From the sequence record NZ_CP102531.1: 64,000 nt of DNA. One strand, 5' to 3'. Shown one piece after another: positions 27,765-36,982 of this stretch (within the stretch, counting starts at the first letter, position 1; every line of letters begins with the position of its first letter). Both the position numbers and the translations under genes were made by a program. Under the pieces are notes generated by a model. It worked only from the letters and a program-made list of their open reading frames with translations, was not told the origin of the DNA and did not search any database. The stretch comes from a plasmid.

Positions 27765-28658
27765 ATGAAATTAACAACAAAATGGTTTTTAGCCCTCAGT
27801 ACAGTATTAGCAATTAGTATCAGTGGTTGTTCAGCCGTTCAAGGATCGAACACAAGTCAATCAAGTACAACCAAATCCGCTGCTTCCTCTGCTACATCGA
27901 CGAGGACTACTGAGACTGCGCAGACAAACAGTGATCTTGCCAACTTGCCATTTGATCTGACAAAGTACCCGCAAAACTACACAACGCTTAATCAAAACGT
28001 TCCAATCTTCGTAAATGGTTTTAAGCAAACAGTAGCTGCCGCCCAGAAAGCGAAAACCACACGCGCTCAAACTTACTTTGAAGGCTTGGATGATCTAGGA
28101 AGAACGCAAAGTGTTTCTGCCATTGTGACCTACAGTATAATGCACAGTCACGCAAGCTCTGTACGCAAGCGACCAGCCTTTCCTAAAACCACGAAGGTTG
28201 CCGGTGAGTACGCTGATGGCGTGTATAACAAAAACCTGCAACAATGGTTTGGCCGCAGCAACAATAACCGAATGGTCCAACTTAACGGTTATCGAGGTTA
28301 TCTGTATAATAAAAGCCACCTGTTAGCGTGGTCGCTAGGTGGCGATATGCAGACTCATAATGTGATTCTTGGCACTCGTGCTCAAAATGTTGGTACCAAT
28401 GACCAACGAAATCCCGGTGGTATGGCTTACACAGAAACTCTGACGCGCAATTATCTTAGCTCACACCAAGACGATGCGGTCGCTTATCAGGTTATTCCCG
28501 TGTACGTTGGCCAAGAACTGGTACCGCGTGGCACACACGTTTTGGTGCAGTCGATTAACAATCCATCACAGTTTCAAGCTAATGTCTGGGTCTTCAATAC
28601 GCAATCAGGGGTAACTATTAACTACAATAACGGCTCATTTCAACTGAATGGAGAGTGA
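27765..28658 (+). CDS. lipoprotein DNA/RNA non-specific endonuclease (DNA-entry-nuclease-like), about 297 aa from Met-11
   Basis: Signal peptide with ISGCS lipobox; Ser/Thr-rich linker; C-terminal nuclease-like block YNKSHLLAWSLGG...GTRAQNVGTNDQRNPGG; RBS before ATG 27765 (the ORF track starts earlier at 27735). Confidence 0.55.
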   Translation: MKLTTKWFLALSTVLAISISGCSAVQGSNTSQSSTTKSAASSATSTRTTETAQTNSDLANLPFDLTKYPQNYTTLNQNVPIFVNGFKQTVAAAQKAKTTRAQTYFEGLDDLGRTQSVSAIVTYSIMHSHASSVRKRPAFPKTTKVAGEYADGVYNKNLQQWFGRSNNNRMVQLNGYRGYLYNKSHLLAWSLGGDMQTHNVILGTRAQNVGTNDQRNPGGMAYTETLTRNYLSSHQDDAVAYQVIPVYVGQELVPRGTHVLVQSINNPSQFQANVWVFNTQSGVTINYNNGSFQLNGE

Positions 28659-29023
28659 TCGAATTGAATCGTGAAGTGGTTCGTAAACTAGTCCAAGTCT
28701 ATATCGACAGGAACAAGCTTAGCAATCCAGAATTTGCCAAACAAGCCAAGATCAATGATCGGACTGTACGTCGCTTGCTAAACTCTGAGGACAGTATTTC
28801 TGACCAAACCTTAGAGAAAATGGCGGCTGTTTGCGAAAAACGTAAATTTGCCGTCATCGGCTTTAGCACGGGGAAGATTTATTTTCGGGGTGAACATCAC
28901 GCTGACTGCACCCGGTGGATCAATGAACAAGCAGTCCAGATAAAAAAAGCCCACAGCCATAAGAAAATCGCACTTAATATGAAAGAACCAATGATCATTC
29001 AGCGCTTGCCATTTGCATCTTAG
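28655..29023 (+). CDS. HTH-containing small protein (122 aa) overlapping the nuclease gene stop by 4 nt
   Basis: ATGA overlap with the upstream stop, suggesting translational coupling; HTH-like segment LSNPEFAKQAKINDRTVRRLLN. Confidence 0.45.
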   Translation: MIELNREVVRKLVQVYIDRNKLSNPEFAKQAKINDRTVRRLLNSEDSISDQTLEKMAAVCEKRKFAVIGFSTGKIYFRGEHHADCTRWINEQAVQIKKAHSHKKIALNMKEPMIIQRLPFAS

Positions 29024-29030
29024 GGCCTGT

Positions 29031-29501
29031 CTAGTATCTTTTAAGAACTATCTTCAGGAAGGCCAATACAACCATTTGAAGACTGCTGTTAAGGGCGCGT
29101 TCACAGTTTTTCCAAAGTCGCCGACATTTCTCTAGCCAACTCCATGAACGTTCAATGATCCATCGTTGCGGTAACACCGTGAACATATGCAACTCGTTGC
29201 GTTTAGCTACCGTCGTCTTAGCATTCAAAATGAGCTTCACCTGATCCGCAAAGTCATTGCCAGTGTAGCCACCATCAACCATGACATGCTGAACCAGCTC
29301 TAAATTTTGGCTAGCCAAACTAAACATAGCCAATGCACCTGAACGATCTAATACATTAGCTCGTATCACGAGAATGGCTTGTGGTAAACCGTTAATATCA
29401 ACCGCCATATGACGCTTAATCCCTGAAATCTTTTTGGCGCCATCGTAGCCACTATTTTTCGTTAAATCAGTGGTTTTAACACTTTGAGCATCAACAATCA
29501 C
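29031..29501 (-). CDS. IS5-family transposase OrfB (DDE domain, 156 aa)
   Basis: [21 protein letters not shown]... typical IS5/IS427 catalytic part. Confidence 0.8.
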   Translation of the reverse strand: MIVDAQSVKTTDLTKNSGYDGAKKISGIKRHMAVDINGLPQAILVIRANVLDRSGALAMFSLASQNLELVQHVMVDGGYTGNDFADQVKLILNAKTTVAKRNELHMFTVLPQRWIIERSWSWLEKCRRLWKNCERALNSSLQMVVLAFLKIVLKRY

Positions 29502-29818
29502 AAACGACGTTCGGGCCGATCGGCCCTGTGCAAAGCGATAGGAAGCAACAGTTTTTTTAAAAGCCTTTCTAATAGCGAATCAGCTGTCGGGTCTGGTTTA
29601 TCTCGCCACATATCGTAATAGCGGTAGACAGTGTGCCATTCCGGGAAATCGTGCGGTAATTCACGCCATTGACACCCTGTAGTAAGCGAGTAAAGAATGG
29701 CATTGAATACGTCATAAAGATCATAACGACGCGGTCTTGTATGCTTGCGGAAGTTTTCTAAATCAGGTTGTATTAACGCAAATTGCGCTCGAGAAATATT
29801 GCTTGGATAATCTGGCAT
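29498..29818 (-). CDS. IS5-family transposase OrfA (106 aa)
   Basis: [25 protein letters not shown]... conserved across three copies. Confidence 0.8.
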   Translation of the reverse strand: MPDYPSNISRAQFALIQPDLENFRKHTRPRRYDLYDVFNAILYSLTTGCQWRELPHDFPEWHTVYRYYDMWRDKPDPTADSLLERLLKKLLLPIALHRADRPERRL

Positions 29819-29885
29819 GACAAACTCCTCAGTCGGTTTTCCACAATTCTACCAGATTCAGCAGATACTAGACAGGTTCTAAGAA

Positions 29886-30512
29886 TCAGCAAAACATCTT
29901 TTGTAGATACCCTTTTTTAAGTTCTTGGAGTTTTTCAAGCTTACGCTGATGAAGAGCGATAGTGTCGTCTAACTGTTTGAAAAATGAGCCGATTTTTTGT
30001 TGTTCATCTACTATCTTAGGAACAACTAGTAGAGTATTAAAAAAATCAGTAGGTGCAATATTTAGTAACCCATGATTACGAGCCCCTTCTGCCGCATTCT
30101 TAGAAACCTCCCGGTACCATCTAGTGGTATCGTAATATGAAACTAGAAACTGAGAATTGATTTTCGTAGGTCTAAAGACTATATAAAGTGTCGATAGAAC
30201 GCCCATATCATACTTATCTAAACGCTTAATAGCGCCCCATGGATATCCATTTGAATAACTTTTATTATATGCAAACTCACCATTTTTAACTAAAAAATAT
30301 CCAGTAACATCACGACTCGCTACTTGCTTATTGAAAAAATCATTTTGATCTACCAAACCATCTTGTGCAGATATTGTTAGCGGAAGAGTCGACTCATTAT
30401 TTTTGTTTTTTCTAGTAACACGCTCTGAGATGCTAGATAACTTACGCTCTTCCCAAGGATCAGTAAACCCTTTAAATCTTAACTGCGGGTAACTAGCTTG
30501 TTGATCTTTCAT
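29886..30512 (-). CDS. hsdS: type I restriction-modification specificity subunit, half-size HsdS (single TRD, 208 aa)
   Basis: N-terminal conserved PQLRFKGFTDPWEERKL; one variable TRD; conserved central repeat LEKLQELKKGYLQKMF then a stop 6 nt from the IS5-family copy. Confidence 0.75.
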   Translation of the reverse strand: MKDQQASYPQLRFKGFTDPWEERKLSSISERVTRKNKNNESTLPLTISAQDGLVDQNDFFNKQVASRDVTGYFLVKNGEFAYNKSYSNGYPWGAIKRLDKYDMGVLSTLYIVFRPTKINSQFLVSYYDTTRWYREVSKNAAEGARNHGLLNIAPTDFFNTLLVVPKIVDEQQKIGSFFKQLDDTIALHQRKLEKLQELKKGYLQKMFC

Positions 30513-32125
30513 TTGTGGGCCTCCGGTTTTGACTGGTCATTAACCTGGGTGGTCACTAACTGGCTAGCTAATTCATTAAAGGCTTGCTCATTCTGACTGA
30601 TTTCCTCGTCCAGTTGCTTCAGATCAGCTTTAACTTGGTTCAGATCAATCTCGGGTTCCGGTTCAAACGTATCAACGTAGCGCGGAATATTTAAATTATA
30701 ATCATTTTCCTTGATTTCCGCCGGTGAGGCCACATGAGCATATTTATCAACATCTTGCCGGTTTTGATAAGTGGTCACAATTTTTTGAATATTCGCTGCC
30801 GTTAGCTTATTTTGATTCTTGTCCTTTTCAAATTCCCGGGACGCATCAATAAACAAGACGTCGTCAGTGGTTTTGTGTTTCTTTAAAATCATGATTAACG
30901 TTGGAATACCAGTGGAATGAAAAATATTGGCAGGTAGCCCAATAATGGCATCAATCCGGTTATCCATTAATAGTTTTTGCCGGATTTTGCCCTCCTTAGC
31001 CCCCCGAAATAGCACGCCATGGGGTAAGACAATGCCCATAGTCCCGTGTTCCTGCAAATGATAAAAGCCGTGTAGCAGAAAGGCAAAGTCGGCTTTAGAT
31101 TTAGGTGGTAAGACGCCATAGTCGCGGAAACGGGGATCAGACAAGCGTTTATCACTGTTATCCCAGTGTGCCGAGTAGGGCGGGTTCATGACGACCGCAT
31201 CAAATAAGTAAGGTTCGTCAACCGGCCAATCTTTACTTAACGTGTCACCATTGCGTAAGTGCATATCGTCATACGAGACTCCATGTAACATTAGGTTCAT
31301 ACGGGCCAGGTTATAGGTCGTGGTGTTCAATTCTTGGCCGTGATAACTCACTAAATTGGGGTCTTGCACGTGCTGTCCGACATTTAATAGCAGTGAACCG
31401 GAACCAACCGCTGGATCATAGATAGTCCGCACTTGGTTGTCACCTGCATTGCGCTGATAAGTCACAATCTGGGCAATAATGTCGGACACCTGCCGTGGAG
31501 TATAAAATTCACCCGCCTTCTTACCAGAATCACTGGCAAATTGCGCGATTAAGTATTCATAGGCGTCACCTAAGACGTCGCCTTGATGATGGACGAGATC
31601 AATCGCATTTAAAGCTAACATGGTATCACTGATAGTTTGATTCCGTTGTTGTAAAGAACTGCCTAATTTATTACTACTTAAATCCACATCGGCAAACAAG
31701 CCCGAAAAGTCTTGCGCTGAAGATAGATTTTGTGTCGACTGTTCCAGATCATGAAGTGCTTGAGATAAATCGTCTAACGCAAAAGTATGGGCTTGAATCT
31801 TGCCAATCAGGGTGGTGTACAACGCTTGTGGTTGAATTAAATAGCCGAGCGTGTTTTGCAAATACTCCACTAAACTGGGCTGCACCGAGACGCCTTCCAA
31901 TTCAAACTGAGGATCCATATACTGAGCATATTTCCGGGTGACATTTTCGGTTTCGCCTGCCCAATCACTAAAGGTCGTTAAGGTTTTCTCAGATAGAAAC
32001 CGATAAAAAATTAACCCCAATAAATAATTTTTATATTCAGAAGCGTCCATTTTCCCGCGTAAGACATCGGCCGCATTCCATAGGGCGCTTTCAAGTTGAC
32101 TAGCTTGCGTTGTTTTTTCTGACAT
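30509..32125 (-). CDS. hsdM: type I R-M N6-adenine DNA methyltransferase HsdM (538 aa)
   Basis: NPPY catalytic motif (VVMNPPYSAHW); HsdM N-terminal domain; overlaps hsdS by 4 nt. Confidence 0.9.
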   Translation of the reverse strand: MSEKTTQASQLESALWNAADVLRGKMDASEYKNYLLGLIFYRFLSEKTLTTFSDWAGETENVTRKYAQYMDPQFELEGVSVQPSLVEYLQNTLGYLIQPQALYTTLIGKIQAHTFALDDLSQALHDLEQSTQNLSSAQDFSGLFADVDLSSNKLGSSLQQRNQTISDTMLALNAIDLVHHQGDVLGDAYEYLIAQFASDSGKKAGEFYTPRQVSDIIAQIVTYQRNAGDNQVRTIYDPAVGSGSLLLNVGQHVQDPNLVSYHGQELNTTTYNLARMNLMLHGVSYDDMHLRNGDTLSKDWPVDEPYLFDAVVMNPPYSAHWDNSDKRLSDPRFRDYGVLPPKSKADFAFLLHGFYHLQEHGTMGIVLPHGVLFRGAKEGKIRQKLLMDNRIDAIIGLPANIFHSTGIPTLIMILKKHKTTDDVLFIDASREFEKDKNQNKLTAANIQKIVTTYQNRQDVDKYAHVASPAEIKENDYNLNIPRYVDTFEPEPEIDLNQVKADLKQLDEEISQNEQAFNELASQLVTTQVNDQSKPEAHK

Positions 32126-32138
32126 TGTTTAACCTCAC

Positions 32139-35100
32139 TTATTTTTGTAGATAAATTGCTAAATCGTGTTCAATAAACTGCCGCCAAGCGGCCTGGGACT
32201 TAATCCGGTATAGTGGCAAAATAGCTGGAATCTTCGGCCCAGCGGCAGTTTGAGCTTGTAAGGCCGCTGCTAAATTCGCTGACTGCGTTAATTCTTGTTC
32301 ATGATGCCATTCATCGGTACCCACGGTGTGTTCACGCGCCACCCGCAATAGGGCTGTTTGATCTAAGCCCCACGTATGGGCGAATACCGACGTTTTTTTG
32401 ACCAATTGTCTCTGGGCATAATCAGCCACCAACTCCCGAGCATTCAACGCTACTGGCACTTGATTTGGGGTGCTCTGTTGCTGAGACTGTTGCATTTGTT
32501 GCTCAATATAAGGCATGGCTTCGCGAATTAACTGGGCCTGTTGCGGTTGCGTTTCCGCTAATTTATTCAAACTAGCCTGTACTTTGGCACTATTTTGCAG
32601 GTAATCGATCATATGGGCTTGGGCTTGATCAGGTGTCGTGTACTGTTGCTGTTCATCAATCCAATCTTGAATTAATTGCGTCAAATAATCATAATCCACC
32701 AAGACGACTGAACCAACGGCTAGGGAAAAGTCTAAGGCAGCTAATTCTTCAGGGACTTTCTCAGGCTCTTGGTTAGTAACCGCCGCTTTAATCCGCAGAT
32801 ATTTACCCGTATAGGATTCTACTTCGGGCTGAGCGATACCAAAGGCCTTTTCACTGTTTTCCCAAGTGAAATCGTTGTACATGGATAAGGAATTCAATTG
32901 CTGATTCACTTGGCGAAAGGCTTTCACAAACTGTACCTTAGCAGTGGTTCCTTTCAGGTCATCGGCCGCCGTCGGCGTCGGGGCAATGGCTTTTAAATCC
33001 ACCACAGCCTTTTGAAATTTTAAGACGGCCTGCTGATAAGTGGGACGAATGATGACATTAAAGGAGCCTTCGCCACTATATAACTTGTAAGCTTCACGTT
33101 CATTAGCTTCCATGATTGCCGGCACCCGAAAGGTCACAATTTGACCCTCTTGTTTTAATTCCCGGTTTTGGAGCCGGTTGGTGCGTGAGTAGGCTTGAAT
33201 GAGTTCTTGATAAGCTAAGGTGCGGTCAACAAAGAGCGTGTTTAGCCGAGGGGCATCAAAGCCTGTTAATAACCGCCGCACCACAATCACTAAATTAATT
33301 TCCTGATCCGGTTTCAAATGAGCAAAGACCGCCTCACGCCGGGCAGCCCGTTTTGCGACATCTTCGTTATAGAGATTCAAATCGGCTAAATCAAAATTAG
33401 TGTGATACTGCTGATTATAATCTTTTAAAATGGTGGCCATTTGGTCATGCTTTTGCGCACTCTGATCTTCGTTTTCACTTAATGAATAAGTAATCGCAAT
33501 TCGGGGCCAATTAGGATCCAGCTGATTGTGAGTAGTCTTTTTAGCGGCTTTAAAGGCTTGATAATAGCGTTGCGCCATTTCAATGGAACTGGTGGTCAAA
33601 ATAGCATTATAGTTGCCATGACCCAAACTCGTTTTACGTGGGCCTTTTTGTAAAATATATTGAACAACTTGGTTAATATGTTCATCGGTCTCAAAGTCAG
33701 CCGGAGTTAAATATGTTTCTTCCAAGTCCTTGACTGACATCGCTTGAATCTTGGCTTGAATTTTTGCTTCATCAGCTGTACTCAGCAGGCGGCCTTGCTT
33801 ATCGCGACGTGCTTTGACGCGCTGAGTTTCTTTTTCGAGGGCCCGGGTTATTAACGTGTCTTTTCCAATCGTCGTTACGTGTTCCACATTAAACGGTAAC
33901 ACGGCTTGGTCCTCTAAGGCGTCTCGCAAGTTATAAACATGACAGACTTTACCAAATAGCTCCTCCGTCGTAACTGCTAGATCACCTTTGAGCTGTTTCT
34001 TATTTTCATTAAAAATGGGGGTGCCAGTGTAACCATACCAGTTACTATTGATAAACGCTGCTCGAATTTCCTTTTGCATCTTACCAAACTGCGACCGGTG
34101 GGCTTCGTCAACAAAGAAGATCACTCGTTGCTTTAAAGTCTTACTAAAGCGGGATTGCTTACCGGTTGCCAGCTGGGCTTGCGTTTTTTTGACCGCCCGA
34201 TGAAGTTTTTGAATCGAGGTGACCAAGACCTTACCGTCATTTTGTTGCAATTTACGCATTAAATCACCGGTGTTTTGGGCTTCGTTAATGGCAATATCAT
34301 CATTGGCGGCATAGGCACTAAAGTTGCTGGTTGTCTGTTCGTCTAAATCCCGCCGGTCAACTAAGAAGATGACCTTATCGACACCGGGATCTTGCGCAGC
34401 TAATTTAGCGGTTTTATATGAGGTGAGTGTTTTACCAGAACCCGTGGTATGCCAAACAAAACCATCTTGATGGTCGTGAATCCGGTGCATCACGGCTTCA
34501 ATCGCATAAATCTGGTAAGGCCGTAAGAGAATTAGGCTTTGCCGCTCTTGGTCGATGACTGTATATTCACTGACCATTTTGTGAGCCATGGGAATATTAA
34601 GAACTTGGCGCGTGAACGCTAAGCCGTTTTCCACGGGGTGATTATCCCGCGTCCGCCAATTAAACAAAAAAGCTTTATTGAAATGATCCGGTTCGGCATT
34701 CGCAAAATACGCCGTACTATCCGGCGTCATAATCACAAACATTTGCAACAGCGAGTAAATCCCCGTATATTTACCTTCCTGCGCGTATTTTTCAATTTGA
34801 TTAAAAGCCTGGTTAAGTTCGACCGTGGCTTTTTTTAGTTCCAATTGAATTAAGGGTAACCCATTAATCAATAGGGTTACGTCAAACCGGCGATCAGGAT
34901 CGACATCTTGAGTACCAGCTAACCGTGGTCGCACTGCTTGCCGGACCACTTCATAACTAGATTTACCACCAGCGACGTCCGCTTTCCAAAACAACTCAAG
35001 CGTCACCGTGCCCAGCTTAGCATCATCACGTTCAACTTCCACTTTGCCAATGCCATTTTCGGCGGCTAGTAACTTAGCTGCTTCGTAAGGTGTCCGGACC

Positions 35101-35306
35101 TCAATCGCCCGTTTAACTTGATTAAATTCGGTATCAGTTAAAGGGTATCCCTGCAATTTAGCATAGTTATTGTTATTTAATTTATCACGAAAATTAGCCC
35201 ATAATTGATCCGGCGTCGCACCATATAGGTCTTTTCGTTCCACCCATTGATTGCTTCCAGTCGTTAAGGTTTTAACAACTTCTTTTTCAAACGACAGTTC
35301 CAACAT
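32139..35306 (-). CDS. hsdR: type I R-M restriction endonuclease/helicase HsdR (1055 aa)
   Basis: Walker A TTGSGKT; DEAH-like FVDEAHRSQ; size. Confidence 0.9.
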   Translation of the reverse strand: MLELSFEKEVVKTLTTGSNQWVERKDLYGATPDQLWANFRDKLNNNNYAKLQGYPLTDTEFNQVKRAIEVRTPYEAAKLLAAENGIGKVEVERDDAKLGTVTLELFWKADVAGGKSSYEVVRQAVRPRLAGTQDVDPDRRFDVTLLINGLPLIQLELKKATVELNQAFNQIEKYAQEGKYTGIYSLLQMFVIMTPDSTAYFANAEPDHFNKAFLFNWRTRDNHPVENGLAFTRQVLNIPMAHKMVSEYTVIDQERQSLILLRPYQIYAIEAVMHRIHDHQDGFVWHTTGSGKTLTSYKTAKLAAQDPGVDKVIFLVDRRDLDEQTTSNFSAYAANDDIAINEAQNTGDLMRKLQQNDGKVLVTSIQKLHRAVKKTQAQLATGKQSRFSKTLKQRVIFFVDEAHRSQFGKMQKEIRAAFINSNWYGYTGTPIFNENKKQLKGDLAVTTEELFGKVCHVYNLRDALEDQAVLPFNVEHVTTIGKDTLITRALEKETQRVKARRDKQGRLLSTADEAKIQAKIQAMSVKDLEETYLTPADFETDEHINQVVQYILQKGPRKTSLGHGNYNAILTTSSIEMAQRYYQAFKAAKKTTHNQLDPNWPRIAITYSLSENEDQSAQKHDQMATILKDYNQQYHTNFDLADLNLYNEDVAKRAARREAVFAHLKPDQEINLVIVVRRLLTGFDAPRLNTLFVDRTLAYQELIQAYSRTNRLQNRELKQEGQIVTFRVPAIMEANEREAYKLYSGEGSFNVIIRPTYQQAVLKFQKAVVDLKAIAPTPTAADDLKGTTAKVQFVKAFRQVNQQLNSLSMYNDFTWENSEKAFGIAQPEVESYTGKYLRIKAAVTNQEPEKVPEELAALDFSLAVGSVVLVDYDYLTQLIQDWIDEQQQYTTPDQAQAHMIDYLQNSAKVQASLNKLAETQPQQAQLIREAMPYIEQQMQQSQQQSTPNQVPVALNARELVADYAQRQLVKKTSVFAHTWGLDQTALLRVAREHTVGTDEWHHEQELTQSANLAAALQAQTAAGPKIPAILPLYRIKSQAAWRQFIEHDLAIYLQK

Positions 35307-35731
35307 AAAAACAGTCCTTCCCCCACTTTTAAATTACTCACTAGTTTATTATACGCGAACCGCTTGGCGTTTAGGCTTCATAATTTAATATAGCTGGGAT
35401 AGAATAAAGCTGAAAAAGATAAACAACTAAAAAATAGAAAACTAATATTGAGCTAACCATTAAATTCGAAACCTCTGTTCCAATAAATTTAATATGAACC
35501 TCATAATGTAAATTAAAAAAATATATCGCAATGTTCTTGCTTGCAGTATGTCTCGCTCTTATCTGAATAAGATGACATTCAATCTTATCAACAATATAAC
35601 TAATATAACAAAAGCAAATTAAAACATTCACGAAACAGAATTTGAAAATAACACCAGAGAAAAAATATTTTCAAGCTACTAGAAATTTCAACTATTTATC
35701 ATGACTTTTTTATTTTTTAGCTCAAAAATGA

Positions 35732-35760
35732 TTGACAGATGTCTCGAAATTGTGTACATT
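35732..35760 (+). promoter_or_regulatory. sigma70-type promoter for the cys leader/cysK operon (TTGACA-17nt-TACATT)
   Basis: Consensus -35 and near-consensus -10 with 17-nt spacer, read from the sequence. Confidence 0.55.
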
Positions 35761-35787
35761 AATCACAATAAAAATTTCGGAGGTGTC

Positions 35788-35865
35788 ATGATGAGTCAAT
35801 CAATGTTTAATGCGATTAATTGTTGCTGTCGAACAACGCGTTTTTGGCGATGTTCGGCCTGTTAG
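35788..35865 (+). CDS. Cys-codon-rich leader peptide (25 aa: MMSQSMFNAINCCCRTTRFWRCSAC)
   Basis: GGAGGTG RBS 3 nt upstream; five Cys codons including a tandem TGT-TGC-TGT triplet; followed by an intrinsic terminator and then cysK. Confidence 0.5.
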   Translation: MMSQSMFNAINCCCRTTRFWRCSAC

Positions 35866-35933
35866 CATTGACGTTTTTTGGGAAATCATGACCTAAAAAG
35901 AGTTCAATGTCCACTTGGCTGGAGTTGAACTAA

Positions 35934-35975
35934 GGGCGCGAAAATTCTGGATTTCAGAATTTCGCGCCCTTTTTC
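35934..35975 (+). terminator. intrinsic terminator/attenuator between the leader peptide and cysK
   Basis: gggcgcgaaaattctg-gatttc-cagaatttcgcgccc followed by TTTTT. Confidence 0.65.
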
Positions 35976-36049
35976 TATCTATTGCGGCCATTTCCCCTAG
36001 CATCCCGCCAGCTAAACACTGCTCCAAATGATTAGAAAGGATCTTATTT

Positions 36050-36961
36050 ATGCTTATTCATTCCATTTCAGAACTGATCGGTCATACGCCACTGATTGAT
36101 CTGCAAATCAACATTCCAAATCACAGTCACATTTACGCCAAACTGGAGATGTTTAATCCAGGAGGCAGCATCAAAGACCGCCTGGGCCAATACATGATTC
36201 AAGATGCGATTAATCGTGGTCAGGTAACTGAAGGTGTAACAACAATTATCGAACCTACTGCCGGCAATACCGGAATTGGGGTTGCCCTTGCCGCTCAACA
36301 ACACCATTTGCCAACCATTCTGGTCGTACCGGAAAAGTTCAGTTTTGAAAAACAACAATTGATGAAAGCCTTAGGGGCAAAATTAATCAACACCCCCAGT
36401 GATCAGGGCATCAAGGGCGCCATTGAAAAAGCAGAAGCGCTTCACGATCAAACTCCTAACAGTTTCGTTCCAATGCAATTCAAAAATCCGGCCAACCCTG
36501 ATACTTATTATCACACTCTGGCACCAGAGTTGCTTGACGACCTCAATGACCCAATTGACGCCTTTGTTGCCGGTGCGGGCAGTGGTGGGACATTTGCAGG
36601 CGTCGCTCGTTACTTAAAGGAGCAGAATCCGGCGACTCAAACCATCGTTGTGGAACCTGAAGGCTCAATTCTAAATGGTGGGCCTGCCCATCCCCATCGG
36701 ACTGAAGGCATCGGTGTTGAATTTGTCCCACCATTTTTTAAAGATGTTCAAATCGACAAAACGTTAACAATTGCCGATGCCGACGCCTTTCATCAAGTTA
36801 AGGAGCTTGCCAAGAAGCAGGGATTATTCATTGGCAGTTCAAGCGGGGCTGCTTTGGCTGCCAGCTTAAAGGTTGCCAAGGCACTTCCCGAGAATAGTAC
36901 CATTGTCACAATTTTTCCAGATAGCAGTGAACGTTACATGAGTGAAAATATTTATGATTAA
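36050..36961 (+). CDS. cysK: cysteine synthase / O-acetylserine sulfhydrylase (PLP-dependent, 303 aa)
   Basis: PLP-fold cysK/cbs family motifs (K in SIKDR; GNTGIG; GSSSGAA). Confidence 0.85.
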   Translation: MLIHSISELIGHTPLIDLQINIPNHSHIYAKLEMFNPGGSIKDRLGQYMIQDAINRGQVTEGVTTIIEPTAGNTGIGVALAAQQHHLPTILVVPEKFSFEKQQLMKALGAKLINTPSDQGIKGAIEKAEALHDQTPNSFVPMQFKNPANPDTYYHTLAPELLDDLNDPIDAFVAGAGSGGTFAGVARYLKEQNPATQTIVVEPEGSILNGGPAHPHRTEGIGVEFVPPFFKDVQIDKTLTIADADAFHQVKELAKKQGLFIGSSSGAALAASLKVAKALPENSTIVTIFPDSSERYMSENIYD

Positions 36962-36982
36962 AAATAAAGTGAGGTTATTAAA

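Larger units (their letters stand above)
29024..29880 (-). mobile_element. IS5-family (IS427-group, two-ORF) insertion sequence, copy B1
   Basis: Terminal repeats ...cctgtctagtatc / gatactagacaggttct; orfA (106 aa) and orfB (156 aa, DDE) overlap with an A7 slippery run in orfA. Confidence 0.8.

Noticed and set aside
35371-35631. 86-aa ORF in the AT-rich spacer between hsdR and the cys promoter
   Set aside because: Extremely AT-rich, low-complexity and Phe/Tyr/Ile-rich translation typical of non-coding AT-rich DNA. The region more likely holds divergent promoters.
35866-36049. T-box or SAM (S-box) riboswitch upstream of cysK
   Set aside because: I could not find the T-box core (AGGGTGGNACCGCG) or the S-box conserved helices. 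The leader-peptide/terminator arrangement explains the region better. A covariance-model search would be the decisive test.
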